64,000 nt of DNA from an uncultured Ruminococcus sp. (lineage in GTDB: Bacteria > Bacillota > Clostridia > Oscillospirales > CAG-272), in the NCBI GenBank assembly GCA_902795355.1, contig CADBKZ010000006.1, forward strand, positions 22,496 to 86,495, given 5' to 3'. Shown piece by piece: positions 43,986 through 53,904 of this stretch (positions within the stretch are counted from its first letter, which is position 1; each line of letters starts with the position of its first letter). Position numbers and translations under genes: made by a program. A model generated the notes under the pieces. That model saw only the letters and a list, made by a program, of their open reading frames with translations, did not search any database and was not told where the DNA came from.

Positions 43986-44869
43986 ACGCAGGGGTCCTCC
44001 TCTGTGGGCAATAGGGGTTGTCCCGCGGGGGAAGCGGACGGCGCGCCGCTGTTGATTCTGCGGTACTCGGACGGCGTTACCCCCATTTGCCGCAGGAACG
44101 CGCGGTTGAACGTTCGCAAAGTGTTGAACCCGACCAAATCGCTGATCTCGGTGATATTATGGTTGGAATTGAGCAGGTACCGGCAGGCCTCGGAAACCCG
44201 CAGGGAGTTGATGTAATCGTTGAACCGCAGGCCGAGGCGGTCGTTGAACAGGTGCGAGATATAGAACTTGTTCAGATGGAGGTTTTCTTCCAGCGCTGAA
44301 AGCGAGAGGTTGGAAGAAAAGTTGTTCGAGCAATATGCAACAATGGTGCGGAGCGTGTCCGAATCTTCCACGGAAATACCCGTTACCGGCATGCGCCGCA
44401 GAATTTCCGAAAACAGCGCAAGCAGACACCCGCGGATCAGCGGCTTGACATAAGTTCCCCCGCCGTCCCTCTGCCGCTCCGTTTCCGCAATGAGAATCCG
44501 CTCGGCGAGCATCTTGATGGTTGGATCGTTTGCCGCATCGTGGATTACCGCTGATACGGGAACGGACATGTTGAATACATCCGCAAGTTCGGGCATCAGA
44601 TCCGTTTTGGCGATGAAAATAATGAAATCCTCGGGGGCATAGGTTTCGAAAAAGTGGATCTGGTTCGGAAACGTCAGAAAAACGTCGCCCGCGCGGAGAC
44701 GGTGGCAGGTCGAATCCGAATGCGCGTTGGAAACGCCCCCGTAATAAAACACAATTTCAAGCTCCTGATGCAGATGCGGGGAACATCGGAGCTTCCGGCT
44801 GCAATGGATCCTTGTGGAATCCACGTAAAGTTCTTTCTGCCTTTTTTGGTAAAAAATATTCAGCGACAT
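43982..44869 (-). CDS. AraC/XylS-family transcriptional regulator
   Basis: Cupin-like N-terminus and C-terminal ...LSALEENLHLNKFYISHLFNDRLGLRFNDYINSLRVSEACRYL...LVGFNTLRTFNRAFLRQMGVTPSEYR. Confidence 0.85.
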   Translation of the reverse strand: MSLNIFYQKRQKELYVDSTRIHCSRKLRCSPHLHQELEIVFYYGGVSNAHSDSTCHRLRAGDVFLTFPNQIHFFETYAPEDFIIFIAKTDLMPELADVFNMSVPVSAVIHDAANDPTIKMLAERILIAETERQRDGGGTYVKPLIRGCLLALFSEILRRMPVTGISVEDSDTLRTIVAYCSNNFSSNLSLSALEENLHLNKFYISHLFNDRLGLRFNDYINSLRVSEACRYLLNSNHNITEISDLVGFNTLRTFNRAFLRQMGVTPSEYRRINSGAPSASPAGQPLLPTEEDPCV

Positions 44870-44871
44870 CC

Positions 44872-46083
44872 TTATGTTTCCTTTCCATCGCCGGCATACA
44901 CCCGCGGAACGCGGGCAGAAACCGAACAGAGCGTTTCATATTCAATGGATCCGGCTTTCGCGGCGAGCTCGGAAAGCTCCCGCGGATCGTTTCCGAAAAG
45001 CGTTACAACATCCCCCACGCGCGCGGCGGTACCGGTAACGTCGAGCATACATTGATCCATGCAGACCCTGCCCGCAACCGGAACGCGCCGCGGGCCGCGC
45101 GAGGTTTCCACGGTGACATTCGCCCCGCTGTACGCGCGCATAAACCCGTCCGCATAGCCGATGGGAAGCGTTGCGATCACCCGTTCGCCGTCCGCGCGCC
45201 AAGCGGCTCCGTACCCGACCCCCTCGCCGCCCGAAACGCGGTGAATATGCGTTACGACGGAACACAGCCGCATTACCGGAATGAGAGGCAGGCCGGAATC
45301 CACCGGAGAAACGCCGTAAAGCGCAATGCCGAGGCGAACGCCGTCAAAAAGCCGGTCGTCTCCCGAACCGGTCAGCGCGGCGGCGCTGTTGCAAACATGG
45401 CAGAACGGAACGGCCGTTCCCCGATTCCGCAGGCGGTTGCGAACCGCTCGGAAACGGCGCGTCTGCTCCTCGGTAAACGCCGCGCCTTCCCCCGCTTCAT
45501 CCGCGCGGGAAAGGTGGGTGAACATTCCCTCAATATGCAGATTTTCGTATACACGCATGGAAAATATCGCGTTTACCGTTTGCCCGATTTCCCCGCGGTT
45601 CCGCGCGGGAAATCCGATGCGGTTCATGCCCGTATCAAGCGCGAGATGCACCCGAACGGCAACCCCTGTCCGCGCCGCGGCCGCTTGCAGGCGCGCGGCG
45701 TATTCCTCGGAGAGAACGGTTTGAATCAGCCCCTCTTCCGCGAGCCGCTCGGCCTCGCTCGGGTCTGTGTAGCCGAGGATCAGGACGTCCGCCGACTTCC
45801 CGACCGAAAGGCAGGCGCGCCGGACCGCAACGGCTTCTTCCACGCAGGAAACGGCAAAGCAATCGCACCCCTCTTGCAACAGCGCGCGCACGCAAGCGGG
45901 CGCGCCATGCCCGTATGCGTCGGCCTTGACGACCGCAATCGGACGAATTTTGCGGTTCCTTTCCCATATACGGCCGCGGAGCAAACGGTAGTTCGTCCGC
46001 AGCGCCGTCAGGTCAATCGCTGCCCATGTGCGCGGACGCGAGGGTAGAGGAAGTGCGGAATGAATCCGGTACGACGGTTCCAT
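44872..46083 (-). CDS. alr: alanine racemase
   Basis: AVVKADAYGHGA (PLP lysine), plus YGVSP and VCMDQCMLDV motifs. Confidence 0.9.
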   Translation of the reverse strand: MEPSYRIHSALPLPSRPRTWAAIDLTALRTNYRLLRGRIWERNRKIRPIAVVKADAYGHGAPACVRALLQEGCDCFAVSCVEEAVAVRRACLSVGKSADVLILGYTDPSEAERLAEEGLIQTVLSEEYAARLQAAAARTGVAVRVHLALDTGMNRIGFPARNRGEIGQTVNAIFSMRVYENLHIEGMFTHLSRADEAGEGAAFTEEQTRRFRAVRNRLRNRGTAVPFCHVCNSAAALTGSGDDRLFDGVRLGIALYGVSPVDSGLPLIPVMRLCSVVTHIHRVSGGEGVGYGAAWRADGERVIATLPIGYADGFMRAYSGANVTVETSRGPRRVPVAGRVCMDQCMLDVTGTAARVGDVVTLFGNDPRELSELAAKAGSIEYETLCSVSARVPRVYAGDGKET

Positions 46084-46200
46084 GTCGGTTCTCCTTTTAT
46101 TGTAACATAATCGGACAAAAATTGCAATGTTTTTTTGAATAAAAGCGGAAAAAATATCATAATATTCAGTATATGAACATGGTTTTGGGGGTGTTCCGAG

Positions 46201-46671
46201 ATGCGCCGCGCGATGATTCTGATCTGTTTTTGCCTGTTAATCCCGTTGGCGGGGTGCCGCGGCGCGTCCCCCGCCCGCATTTCCCGATGGAACACGCCCT
46301 TTTCCGCCGACATTATCGGCTGGCGCAACGGGCTTCCCTTTTCCGCAAGGCTGGAAGTTTCCGCGGGAGAAAAAACAATCCGCTATACCGCTCCGGCTTC
46401 GCTCAACGGCCTGACCGCCACCGAAACGGCCGACGGAATCCGCGTTTCCTTCGGCGCAATGGTTCCGGCGGAACGAGGGGACGTTTCCGGTTTGCTCGTT
46501 CCCCTTCGGCTCCTGACCGACCCCGCCCCGCTTGCCTCGGCGCAGGTCCGGAACGGAGAAACCGTTCTGACCTACGAGGACGGCACGGAGATCGTCCTTG
46601 ATCCGTCCGGCGTTCCGCGCGAAGCGACGCGAACGGACCTGCGCTTTACCGTTTCGGATTGGGATTCCTGA
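46201..46671 (+). CDS. lipoprotein of unknown function
   Basis: MRRAMILICFCLLIPLAGC lipobox. 156 aa. Confidence 0.6.
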   Translation: MRRAMILICFCLLIPLAGCRGASPARISRWNTPFSADIIGWRNGLPFSARLEVSAGEKTIRYTAPASLNGLTATETADGIRVSFGAMVPAERGDVSGLLVPLRLLTDPAPLASAQVRNGETVLTYEDGTEIVLDPSGVPREATRTDLRFTVSDWDS

Positions 46672-46689
46672 TTTTTTTGCGAAAAAAGA

Positions 46690-46727
46690 AAAAAGCGGTT
46701 GAAAAACCGCTTTTTTTATGATAAAAT
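46690..46727 (+). terminator. terminator hairpin overlapping the promoter of the next gene
   Basis: AAAAAGCGGTT GAAA AACCGCTTTTT plus a T-run. TTGAAA (46699-46704), 17 nt, TAAAAT (46722-46727) is embedded in the same sequence. Confidence 0.6.
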
Positions 46728-46776
46728 AGGAGTTGGTATTTGTTTTTCTCCGCATTGGAGAGAGGGGGACGAATTG

Positions 46777-47409
46777 ATGGTTTCTTTTTCCGCATCCGAA
46801 CGCCGTCTCGGCGCCGTTCTTTGCAACGCGATCCTCGTTGCGCTCGAGCTGGTCTCTCTTTTGATCAGCTCTTTGGAGAACGGGTGGGCGCAATTCCGCT
46901 TTTACACGCAGGACAGCAACTATTTTGCCATGCTCGTTTCGGCGGCGTACCTGATCGCGGCTTTCCGCTCCTCAAAGCGCGGAAAACCGCTGCCCGCATG
47001 GGTCGTTACCCTGCGCTACATCGCCACCTGCCTTTTATCGGTAACGTTTCTGGTGGTTCTTCTGATTCTTTCGCCGCCCTACGGTTGGACGGGATTCCGC
47101 TACACGCTCTTCACCGGCGCGATGACCTTTCAGCATTTGCTCTGCCCGATTCTTTCGTTCGTTTCGTTCCTGCTGTTTGAGCGGGAACCGATTGGCCGGC
47201 GCGCGCCTCTGCTCGCCCTGATTCCCACCGCTCTCTATGCCGCGGTTCTGGTGCCGCTCAACGCCGCGCGGGCGCTACACGGCCCCTACCCGTTCCTCTA
47301 TGTGCATGAACAGCCGTGGTGGCAATCGCTTCTTTACGGGGTTGTGATCCTCGGGGGCGCGTACCTCTGCGCATATCTGCTCTGGCTCCTGCGGAAAAAG
47401 GCGCGCTGA
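46777..47409 (+). CDS. Pr6Pr/FAR-17a-like integral membrane protein
   Basis: ATG 46777 follows GGAGAGAGGGGGA. Six hydrophobic segments. FYTQDSNYF resembles the family motif. Confidence 0.5.
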   Translation: MVSFSASERRLGAVLCNAILVALELVSLLISSLENGWAQFRFYTQDSNYFAMLVSAAYLIAAFRSSKRGKPLPAWVVTLRYIATCLLSVTFLVVLLILSPPYGWTGFRYTLFTGAMTFQHLLCPILSFVSFLLFEREPIGRRAPLLALIPTALYAAVLVPLNAARALHGPYPFLYVHEQPWWQSLLYGVVILGGAYLCAYLLWLLRKKAR

Positions 47410-47430
47410 CGTTCTCTCCCACCGTTATGC

Positions 47431-47469
47431 AAAGGAAGCCCCGCTCCATTTTGGAGCGGGGCTTCCTTT
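47431..47469. terminator. bidirectional terminator between convergent genes
   Basis: 17-bp stem AAAGGAAGCCCCGCTCC / GGAGCGGGGCTTCCTTT. Confidence 0.8.
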
Positions 47470-47486
47470 GCGCTTGCCGTTTGCGA

Positions 47487-47780
47487 TCAGAATTGGGTAT
47501 TCTTAACGACGATAACCAGCACGGAAACCAGAATTACCAGAACCACCGAACCGATAATGGTCAGGCGACCGAGGATCGTGTCCTTATCGCTGCCGCGGTT
47601 CTTGCCGAAATAGGTGTCCGCATTGCCGACGATGGTTCCCGAAAGGCCGTTTTCCTTGCTCGATTGCATGGCGATCACAATGGAAAGCCCGATTGAGAGC
47701 GCAATTAAAATACCGCCGAGTACCCATGTCCAAATGGGCGAAATCGCAAGCATTGTTTTCAATAAATTCATCATTTCCAT
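47487..47780 (-). CDS. secG: preprotein translocase subunit SecG
   Basis: Two TM helices flank MQSSKENGLSGTIVGNADTYFGKNRG, the typical SecG loop. Confidence 0.8.
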   Translation of the reverse strand: MEMMNLLKTMLAISPIWTWVLGGILIALSIGLSIVIAMQSSKENGLSGTIVGNADTYFGKNRGSDKDTILGRLTIIGSVVLVILVSVLVIVVKNTQF

Positions 47781-47892
47781 CCTCCGAAACGGTCTGATCC
47801 CCGCCCGATTGGGGCGCGCGGGACCTTATGCCTATCTATTTTATCATAGAAAACCGAAAATTGCAATAGATTTTTGAGATTTTTTTGAAAAA

Positions 47893-48792
47893 TTACCGTT
47901 CTTTTTTCTTTTTGGTCTGTTTCCGGCGCAAAAGCAGAAGCATTTTTCCCGAAAACCACATGGGAAACGCGGCCGCAAACGCGAACAGATGCAGGTAAAG
48001 AAGCGCGGCCGCGCCCCAACCCGCGCGCGTTTGCACATCGCCGATCACCCAAAAATAGGTGGTATGGTAGGGACTCATATAGAAGAGGTTGACGCCCGTT
48101 TTCCGCAGAACAAGGTTGAGAAGCGTTGCAGCGGCGAACGAAAGCAGGAACACCACTGTTGCCGATCCCCATTCCGCGCGGAAATCCGCCCCCACGCCGC
48201 AGGAGATCAGCAGGAAAACGCCGAGCGCAATCATAACGGTATGCCAAAGCATGGAATGAACGGCGAGCGCGGTGATTGCCGAAAGGTCGGGGTACCCCAC
48301 CACCAACGCCCCGCCCACCGTTCCGTAAAGCGCGAGGAAGCGGTAGCAGGCCGTTTTGGCGCGAGTTGGCAAAAACGGCGCGGCCGGACAGAGGTACAGC
48401 GGCAGCGAGCAGAATTGAAAGGGGAAAATGGCGAACGGGTAACCGCCTTCCGAAACGGCAAAGCACCACAAGAACTGCTTGAAAACTTCCAAAAGCAGGA
48501 ACGCCGTTCCGCAAAGGAACACAACCGAATCAAGCGCGGCTTTCCGCCGTTTTTCCGAAAGGCGGAACGCAACCGCCCCGCAAAGCGCCGCCAACGCGAC
48601 GCAGCACGCGAACCACACCGCATGAAACCGCCCGAATATTGCAAACGGCGTTGCCGCGGGAGACGCGATTTTCTGCCACACGGTACGCAAATTCGTATGC
48701 GCGGAGAGCAACCCGACGGTAACCGCCGACGCGGCGACGACCGCAAGAACGATTCCCCGCGGGAGCGTTTTTTTTCGTACTGCGTCCATCAT
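47893..48792 (-). CDS. YwaF/TIGR02206-like integral membrane protein
   Basis: Polytopic membrane protein with FPFQFCSLPLYL (P..lC motif). The stop region abuts mutS2. Confidence 0.45.
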   Translation of the reverse strand: MMDAVRKKTLPRGIVLAVVAASAVTVGLLSAHTNLRTVWQKIASPAATPFAIFGRFHAVWFACCVALAALCGAVAFRLSEKRRKAALDSVVFLCGTAFLLLEVFKQFLWCFAVSEGGYPFAIFPFQFCSLPLYLCPAAPFLPTRAKTACYRFLALYGTVGGALVVGYPDLSAITALAVHSMLWHTVMIALGVFLLISCGVGADFRAEWGSATVVFLLSFAAATLLNLVLRKTGVNLFYMSPYHTTYFWVIGDVQTRAGWGAAALLYLHLFAFAAAFPMWFSGKMLLLLRRKQTKKKKER

Positions 48793-51173
48793 CCTTTTAG
48801 CTCCACGACCGTAACGCCGCCGTCGCCCTCGCCGTACTGCCCGATGCGGAAGGTCTCCACGCGCCGATCCTTTTTCAGCCGCTGCCAGATCGCGTTTTTC
48901 AGCGCGCCGGTTCCCTTCCCGTGGATCAGGCGGACTTTGGTAAAGCCAGCGACGGTCGCCTCGTCCAGATATTTGTCCACGGCCTGCCAGCCCTCGTCGC
49001 CGAGCATGCCGCGCAGGTCGATTTCATCGCGGAAATCGCGGTTGACCTGAACGCGGTAGCCTGCCGCGGGAGCGGCTTTCCCCTCGCGGATAACCGCCGG
49101 CTGCTCCTCGATCAGGCGCAGGTTTTCCGCCTTGGTGCGCGTTTTGAGTATCCCCGTTTGCACCAGCACGGTTCCGCTGCGGTCCGGCAGATCGACCACC
49201 ACGCCCTCTTTGCCAACGTTGACCAGCTTCACGCGGTCGCCCTTTCGCAGTTCGCGCGGGAGAACGTAGTGTTCGTCCTTTTGCTCTTCCACGGGATCGA
49301 CCCGATCCTCGTTCCGGCGCAATTCGGCGCGGACCGCGCGGCGGGTTTCGTCCAGCTCCTCGCGGAGTCGCCCAGCCGCCTCGGCCTTTTTGGCTTTTTC
49401 AAGCTGCGCGAAAATGAAATCGCTGGACGCGCGCGCGCTTTCCAGCATTTGCCGCGCCTGCCGCCGATTCTGCGCAATTTCCTTTTCGGCGTCCCGCCGC
49501 ATTTGCGCAACGGCCCGTTCGGTATCCTTCTCTCTCCGCTCGTATTCGGCGCGCAGTCGCTCGACCTCGGCCCGACCGCGGTCGGCCTCGATCCTTGCCG
49601 CTTCCAACCGGCCGATAACCTCTTCAAACTGTTTATGGTCGGTATTGACCAGCTCTTTCGCCCGCCCGATCACCGCTTCGGGCAGCCCGAGCTTGGCGGA
49701 AATGGCGAACGCGTTGGATTTTCCCGGGGTTCCGATGATGAGGCGGTAGGTTGGTTTCAGGGTGGTAACGTCAAACTCGCAGGACGCGTTGAGCACGCCT
49801 TTGGTGTTCAGCGCAAAGGTTTTCAGCTCGGTATAGTGGGTGGTTGCGGCGCAAACGGCCCCCGCCCCCCGCACCACCTCGATTACGGCCACCGCGAGCG
49901 CCGCGCCCTCTACGGGGTCGGTCCCCGCGCCGAGTTCATCGAACAGGCAAAGCGTGTTTTCATCAATCTGCCCGAGGATGGAGACGATGTTGACCATATG
50001 CGAGGAGAAGGTGGAGAGCGATTGCTCAATGCTCTGCTCGTCGCCGATGTCTGCCAAAACCCGTTCGTAGATCCGCACAGAGGAATCCGGATCGGCGGGG
50101 ATATGCAGGCCGGCCTGCGCCATCAGCGTCAGGAGTCCGACGGTTTTGAGCGTGACCGTTTTCCCGCCCGTGTTCGGCCCCGTGATGATCAGCGTATCGC
50201 ATTCGCCGCCGAGGCGGACGTTGATGGGCACCACGCGTTTGGGGTCGATCAACGGGTGGCGCGCGCGCCGCAGGTCGGTCACGTCGCGGGTCAGCATCGG
50301 TTCGGCGGCCTTCATGCGCGCCGAAAGCTCGCCGCAGGCAAAGCAGAAGGAAAGCTCGGTCAGGTTATAATAGTTCAGCCGCAGACTTTCCGCCGCCGCG
50401 CTGACATCGGCCGAGAGCGCAAACAGGATCTTTTCGATCTCGCGCTCCTCTTTTGCGCCGAGCATGCGCAGCTCGTTGTTGGCTTCCACCACCGCCATCG
50501 GCTCCACAAACACCGTGGCTCCCGACGCCGACGTATCGTGGATCAGCCCTTTGACGTCGTTTTTGCACTCCGCGCGGACCGGAACGACATAGCGGCCGTT
50601 CCGCATGGTGACGATCGCTTCCTGCAAATACTTGGAATACGACCCGCCGATGATATGCTGCAAGGTTTCCTTGATGCGGTTGTTCGCTTCCCGTATTTTG
50701 CGCCGCACCTCGGCAAGCTCGCGGCTCGCTTCATCCGCGATCAGATCCTCGGAGAGGATGGAGCGCGTAATTTTTTCTTCGAGCATGCGGTTGGGCAGGA
50801 GCCGCCCGAAAATTTCATCGAGAGAGGTGGGAAAGGTGCGGTTGGTTTTGTTGTAGTCCGTAAGGGCGCGCGCGGCATGCAGGATGCGCGCGACTTCCAA
50901 AAGCTCTCTCGGCGTCAACGCCGCTCCCTTTTCCGCGCGCTCGCAGGCCGCCGAAACGTCCCGTATCCCGCCGAACGGCGGCATGCCTTTTGCGTCGGTC
51001 AGCCGTTTGGCGTCGGTGGTATGTCCCAACCGACGGCGGACTACCGTTTCGTCGTCCGATGGCATCAGGCGCGCGGCCAGCTCTTTGCCCCCTTCGGTTG
51101 GGGCGCATTCGGCCAGCATGGAGCGGATCTTATCAAATTCCAGCGTTGATAGCGTTTTGTTTGAAAAACTCAT
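48789..51173 (-). CDS. mutS2: endonuclease MutS2 (MutS domain + Smr)
   Basis: GPNTGGKTVTLKTVGL Walker A, DELGAGTDP, and C-terminal Smr IDLRGM...IHGKGTGALK. Confidence 0.95.
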   Translation of the reverse strand: MSFSNKTLSTLEFDKIRSMLAECAPTEGGKELAARLMPSDDETVVRRRLGHTTDAKRLTDAKGMPPFGGIRDVSAACERAEKGAALTPRELLEVARILHAARALTDYNKTNRTFPTSLDEIFGRLLPNRMLEEKITRSILSEDLIADEASRELAEVRRKIREANNRIKETLQHIIGGSYSKYLQEAIVTMRNGRYVVPVRAECKNDVKGLIHDTSASGATVFVEPMAVVEANNELRMLGAKEEREIEKILFALSADVSAAAESLRLNYYNLTELSFCFACGELSARMKAAEPMLTRDVTDLRRARHPLIDPKRVVPINVRLGGECDTLIITGPNTGGKTVTLKTVGLLTLMAQAGLHIPADPDSSVRIYERVLADIGDEQSIEQSLSTFSSHMVNIVSILGQIDENTLCLFDELGAGTDPVEGAALAVAVIEVVRGAGAVCAATTHYTELKTFALNTKGVLNASCEFDVTTLKPTYRLIIGTPGKSNAFAISAKLGLPEAVIGRAKELVNTDHKQFEEVIGRLEAARIEADRGRAEVERLRAEYERREKDTERAVAQMRRDAEKEIAQNRRQARQMLESARASSDFIFAQLEKAKKAEAAGRLREELDETRRAVRAELRRNEDRVDPVEEQKDEHYVLPRELRKGDRVKLVNVGKEGVVVDLPDRSGTVLVQTGILKTRTKAENLRLIEEQPAVIREGKAAPAAGYRVQVNRDFRDEIDLRGMLGDEGWQAVDKYLDEATVAGFTKVRLIHGKGTGALKNAIWQRLKKDRRVETFRIGQYGEGDGGVTVVELKG

Positions 51174-52003
51174 TTCGGATCTTCCTTTTCGGGAATTGCT
51201 GCCGGCGATCGCAGGTCGTGGAAAAAGCGCAGGGATTCAAACCCGTGGCCGAGGTGCGAAAGCAGGTAAATTTCGGCATGTTTCGCAAACTGCGCAAGGT
51301 CGTTCGGGTCGGCAAACCGGAACGCGAACAGCCGATTGACGGGGGCTTGCAGGCAATGCCGCATGGCGGCGGTAACGGCCGCGGAAAGGACGGGACGGAT
51401 TTCGGCTTCCCGAATTTCGTCGGCATATTCCCCCCCGCGGGCATGGCGCCCCGCCTCGGAAAGGCACGCGGGGCAGAGCAGCGCCCCGTTCATTACGTCA
51501 AGATAAAACGGGTCGGAATCGGTTTTCCGGCAAACGCGGCACCCCGAAAGGTCGGGTTCGTAACCCGCGAGCGCGGCGGCTTTCAGCTCGAACGCGCCCT
51601 TGACCTGCTCCAAGGGGTAGAGGTCCCGACTGATCGCATGGAGCGAATTGAGAATCAGGCGGAGCATGTCCCCCGCTTCTTCCCCCTCGTCGGTCAGCTC
51701 GGCGGTCAGGTCGCAGAGATATGCGGCAAGGTTGACGCGATCCATATCCTCGGCGAGCCGATAGAAAGACTCGATGGGGCTTCCGCCTTTGAGAATGTTG
51801 AAATCCCCCCGCCGATAATACTCGAAATTCGCATACGTATAGAGCTGACTGACCGCTGTTTGCGGGCCTTTCAGGGATCGCCCGCCCTTGGCTAGCATGG
51901 GAATGCGCCCCCGTTCGGCGGTCAGAACGGTCAGGTAGCGGTCATGGTCGCCCATATCTTTGGTTCGGATAATCAGGCCGTCGATGCTCTCGTGCGTCGC
52001 CAT
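51170..52003 (-). CDS. recO: DNA repair protein RecO
   Basis: MATHESIDGLIIRTKDMGDHDRYLTVLTAERGRIPMLAKG OB-fold N-terminus, and Cys cluster C..C...C..C. ATG 52003 with SD AAGGGGGA. Confidence 0.8.
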   Translation of the reverse strand: MATHESIDGLIIRTKDMGDHDRYLTVLTAERGRIPMLAKGGRSLKGPQTAVSQLYTYANFEYYRRGDFNILKGGSPIESFYRLAEDMDRVNLAAYLCDLTAELTDEGEEAGDMLRLILNSLHAISRDLYPLEQVKGAFELKAAALAGYEPDLSGCRVCRKTDSDPFYLDVMNGALLCPACLSEAGRHARGGEYADEIREAEIRPVLSAAVTAAMRHCLQAPVNRLFAFRFADPNDLAQFAKHAEIYLLSHLGHGFESLRFFHDLRSPAAIPEKEDPK

Positions 52004-52042
52004 ACCGCTTCCCCCTTTCCGCATGCTTGCGACAGACAAAAA

Positions 52043-52927
52043 TTACTCGTTCCGATAGCCGAAATCGGTGACGACGCGCTGGCTGTCCCGCCAATTTTCC
52101 TTGACCTTGACCCATAAGTTCAGGTACACCTGCATTCCGAGCAGTTTTTCCAGATCGTCGCGCGCGTAGCTTCCGATGCGTTTGAGCGTTTCGCCGTTTT
52201 TGCCGACGAGAATGCCCTTATGCGAGGCTTTCTCGCAGAAGATTTCCGCGCGGATATGCGTAATGCTCTCTTCCTCGCGGAACTCCTCGATTACCACCGC
52301 GATCCCGTGCGGAACTTCGCGGTCGATCGTGCGCAGCACTTTTTCGCGGATGATCTCGGAAGCGAGGGTGCGTTTGGTCTGGTCGGTGATCATGTCCTCT
52401 TCAAAAATCCAATCGTCCTCTCGGAGCAGTTTGGCGCATTCCGCCATCAGCTCTTCCACGTATTTTCCCTTTTTCGCGGAGATCGGGACCACGGCCTCGA
52501 ACGGGTGGATTTCCGCGTAGGACGCAATGGTTTCGGCAATTTTCTCGCGGCGGTAAAGGTCCACCTTATTCAGCGCGAGAACGGCCGGAATTTCCGCCCG
52601 TTTGAGCGATTGCAGGATGCGGCGTTCGGTTTCTCCCGCGGGAAAACCCGCGTCGGCAACGAGGATCGCCGCGTCGGCGTCCGTAATGGCGCTGTTCGCC
52701 GTTTTGACCATATAATCCCCCAGAGAATTTTTCGCCTGAAAGATCCCCGGGGTGTCCAAAAACACAAACTGATCCTCTCCGCGGGTCTCAATGCCGAGGA
52801 TCCGATGGCGGGTGGTTTGCGGTTTGGACGAAACAATGGCGATTTTTTCGCCGAGAATTTGGTTGAGCAAGGTGGATTTTCCCACGTTCGGGCGACCCAC
52901 AATGGCAAAAAAGCCGATTCGTTTCAT
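52043..52927 (-). CDS. era: GTPase Era
   Basis: GRPNVGKSTL (G1), DTPG (G3), NKVD (G4), and a KH domain C-terminus. Confidence 0.95.
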   Translation of the reverse strand: MKRIGFFAIVGRPNVGKSTLLNQILGEKIAIVSSKPQTTRHRILGIETRGEDQFVFLDTPGIFQAKNSLGDYMVKTANSAITDADAAILVADAGFPAGETERRILQSLKRAEIPAVLALNKVDLYRREKIAETIASYAEIHPFEAVVPISAKKGKYVEELMAECAKLLREDDWIFEEDMITDQTKRTLASEIIREKVLRTIDREVPHGIAVVIEEFREEESITHIRAEIFCEKASHKGILVGKNGETLKRIGSYARDDLEKLLGMQVYLNLWVKVKENWRDSQRVVTDFGYRNE

Positions 52928-53406
52928 GCGGCGTTCTCCTCTTCCCGTTCTGGTTGCATGGTACCGTCGAAAAACGCGCGCACGTCGTCCTTCTGCAAAT
53001 TGATCCGGACCCCGTTATCGAGGTTTTCGATCAAAGCGGTCAGGGCGCCTGTGGTTTTGTTTCGGGTTGCCAGAATCAAGTAGTGATCAAATTCGATATA
53101 GTAAACTTCCACCGTGTCCGTTTCGTTATACCGCCCGTTGTATTTGCGCAGGCGTTCAAACGTGATCGCGGACGGATTTTCGGCGAGCTTCAACGTTTCT
53201 TCCACCGTCAGCGTGTTTTTCCGGTTGACGCGCCGCTCGATCATGCGGCCAATCGTGAACACGCTGAACGGGCCGAAAAACGCGAGGAACAGGCCGAGGA
53301 CGATTAAAAACGTTACCGCGCGCACGTTCCGCGAGAAAAACGTTTCCGTTTTCCCCACCGTTTCGGGCGTTTGCTCCGCGGTTTTCTTCTCCTCGGCCGG
53401 TTTCAT
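52924..53406 (-). CDS. single-pass membrane protein of unknown function, 160 aa
   Basis: TM helix AVTFLIVLGLFLAFFGPFSVF. Overlaps ybeY and era by 4 nt on each side. Confidence 0.6.
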   Translation of the reverse strand: MKPAEEKKTAEQTPETVGKTETFFSRNVRAVTFLIVLGLFLAFFGPFSVFTIGRMIERRVNRKNTLTVEETLKLAENPSAITFERLRKYNGRYNETDTVEVYYIEFDHYLILATRNKTTGALTALIENLDNGVRINLQKDDVRAFFDGTMQPEREEENAA

Positions 53407-53903
53407 TTGCCGACCCCCAGACCCATGCGCGAAAGGATCTCGCTCTGCCGCCGGCGCATGTCCGCCTCGTCCTCTTCGCCCGTTTCGTGGTCGTAGCCGA
53501 GCAGATGGAGCATGGAATGAACGCAGAGGAACGCCGCTTCGCGCTCGAAGCCGTGGCCGTATTCCTCGGCCTGCTTTCCGGCCTGTTCCAGCGAGATCAC
53601 AATGTCGCCGAGCATGCCGACAAGCTCGTCCACCGGCGGCTCTTCCTGCTCGCCCGTGTAGTCGAACAGCGGGAAGGAAAGCACGTCCGTTGGGCGGTCG
53701 ATCCCGCGGAATTTGCGGTTGAGCGCGCGGATCTTTTCGTTATCCGTAAAGGTTACGGAAACCTCTGCGGGGTTCCCGTACTGTTCGTAATCAAGCGTGG
53801 CTTCCACGGCGGCGCGGATCAGCATTTTCAGGCGGTAGGTAACGGGAAGTTTCTCCTGATCGTTTTCAAAATCGATTTTGAGTTCTCTTTTGGTCGGTTT
53901 CAT
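53403..53903 (-). CDS. ybeY: rRNA maturation endoribonuclease YbeY
   Basis: HSMLHLLGYDH zinc motif. ATG 53903 (MKPTKRELKIDF). Confidence 0.9.
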   Translation of the reverse strand: MKPTKRELKIDFENDQEKLPVTYRLKMLIRAAVEATLDYEQYGNPAEVSVTFTDNEKIRALNRKFRGIDRPTDVLSFPLFDYTGEQEEPPVDELVGMLGDIVISLEQAGKQAEEYGHGFEREAAFLCVHSMLHLLGYDHETGEEDEADMRRRQSEILSRMGLGVGK

Positions 53904-53904
53904 T

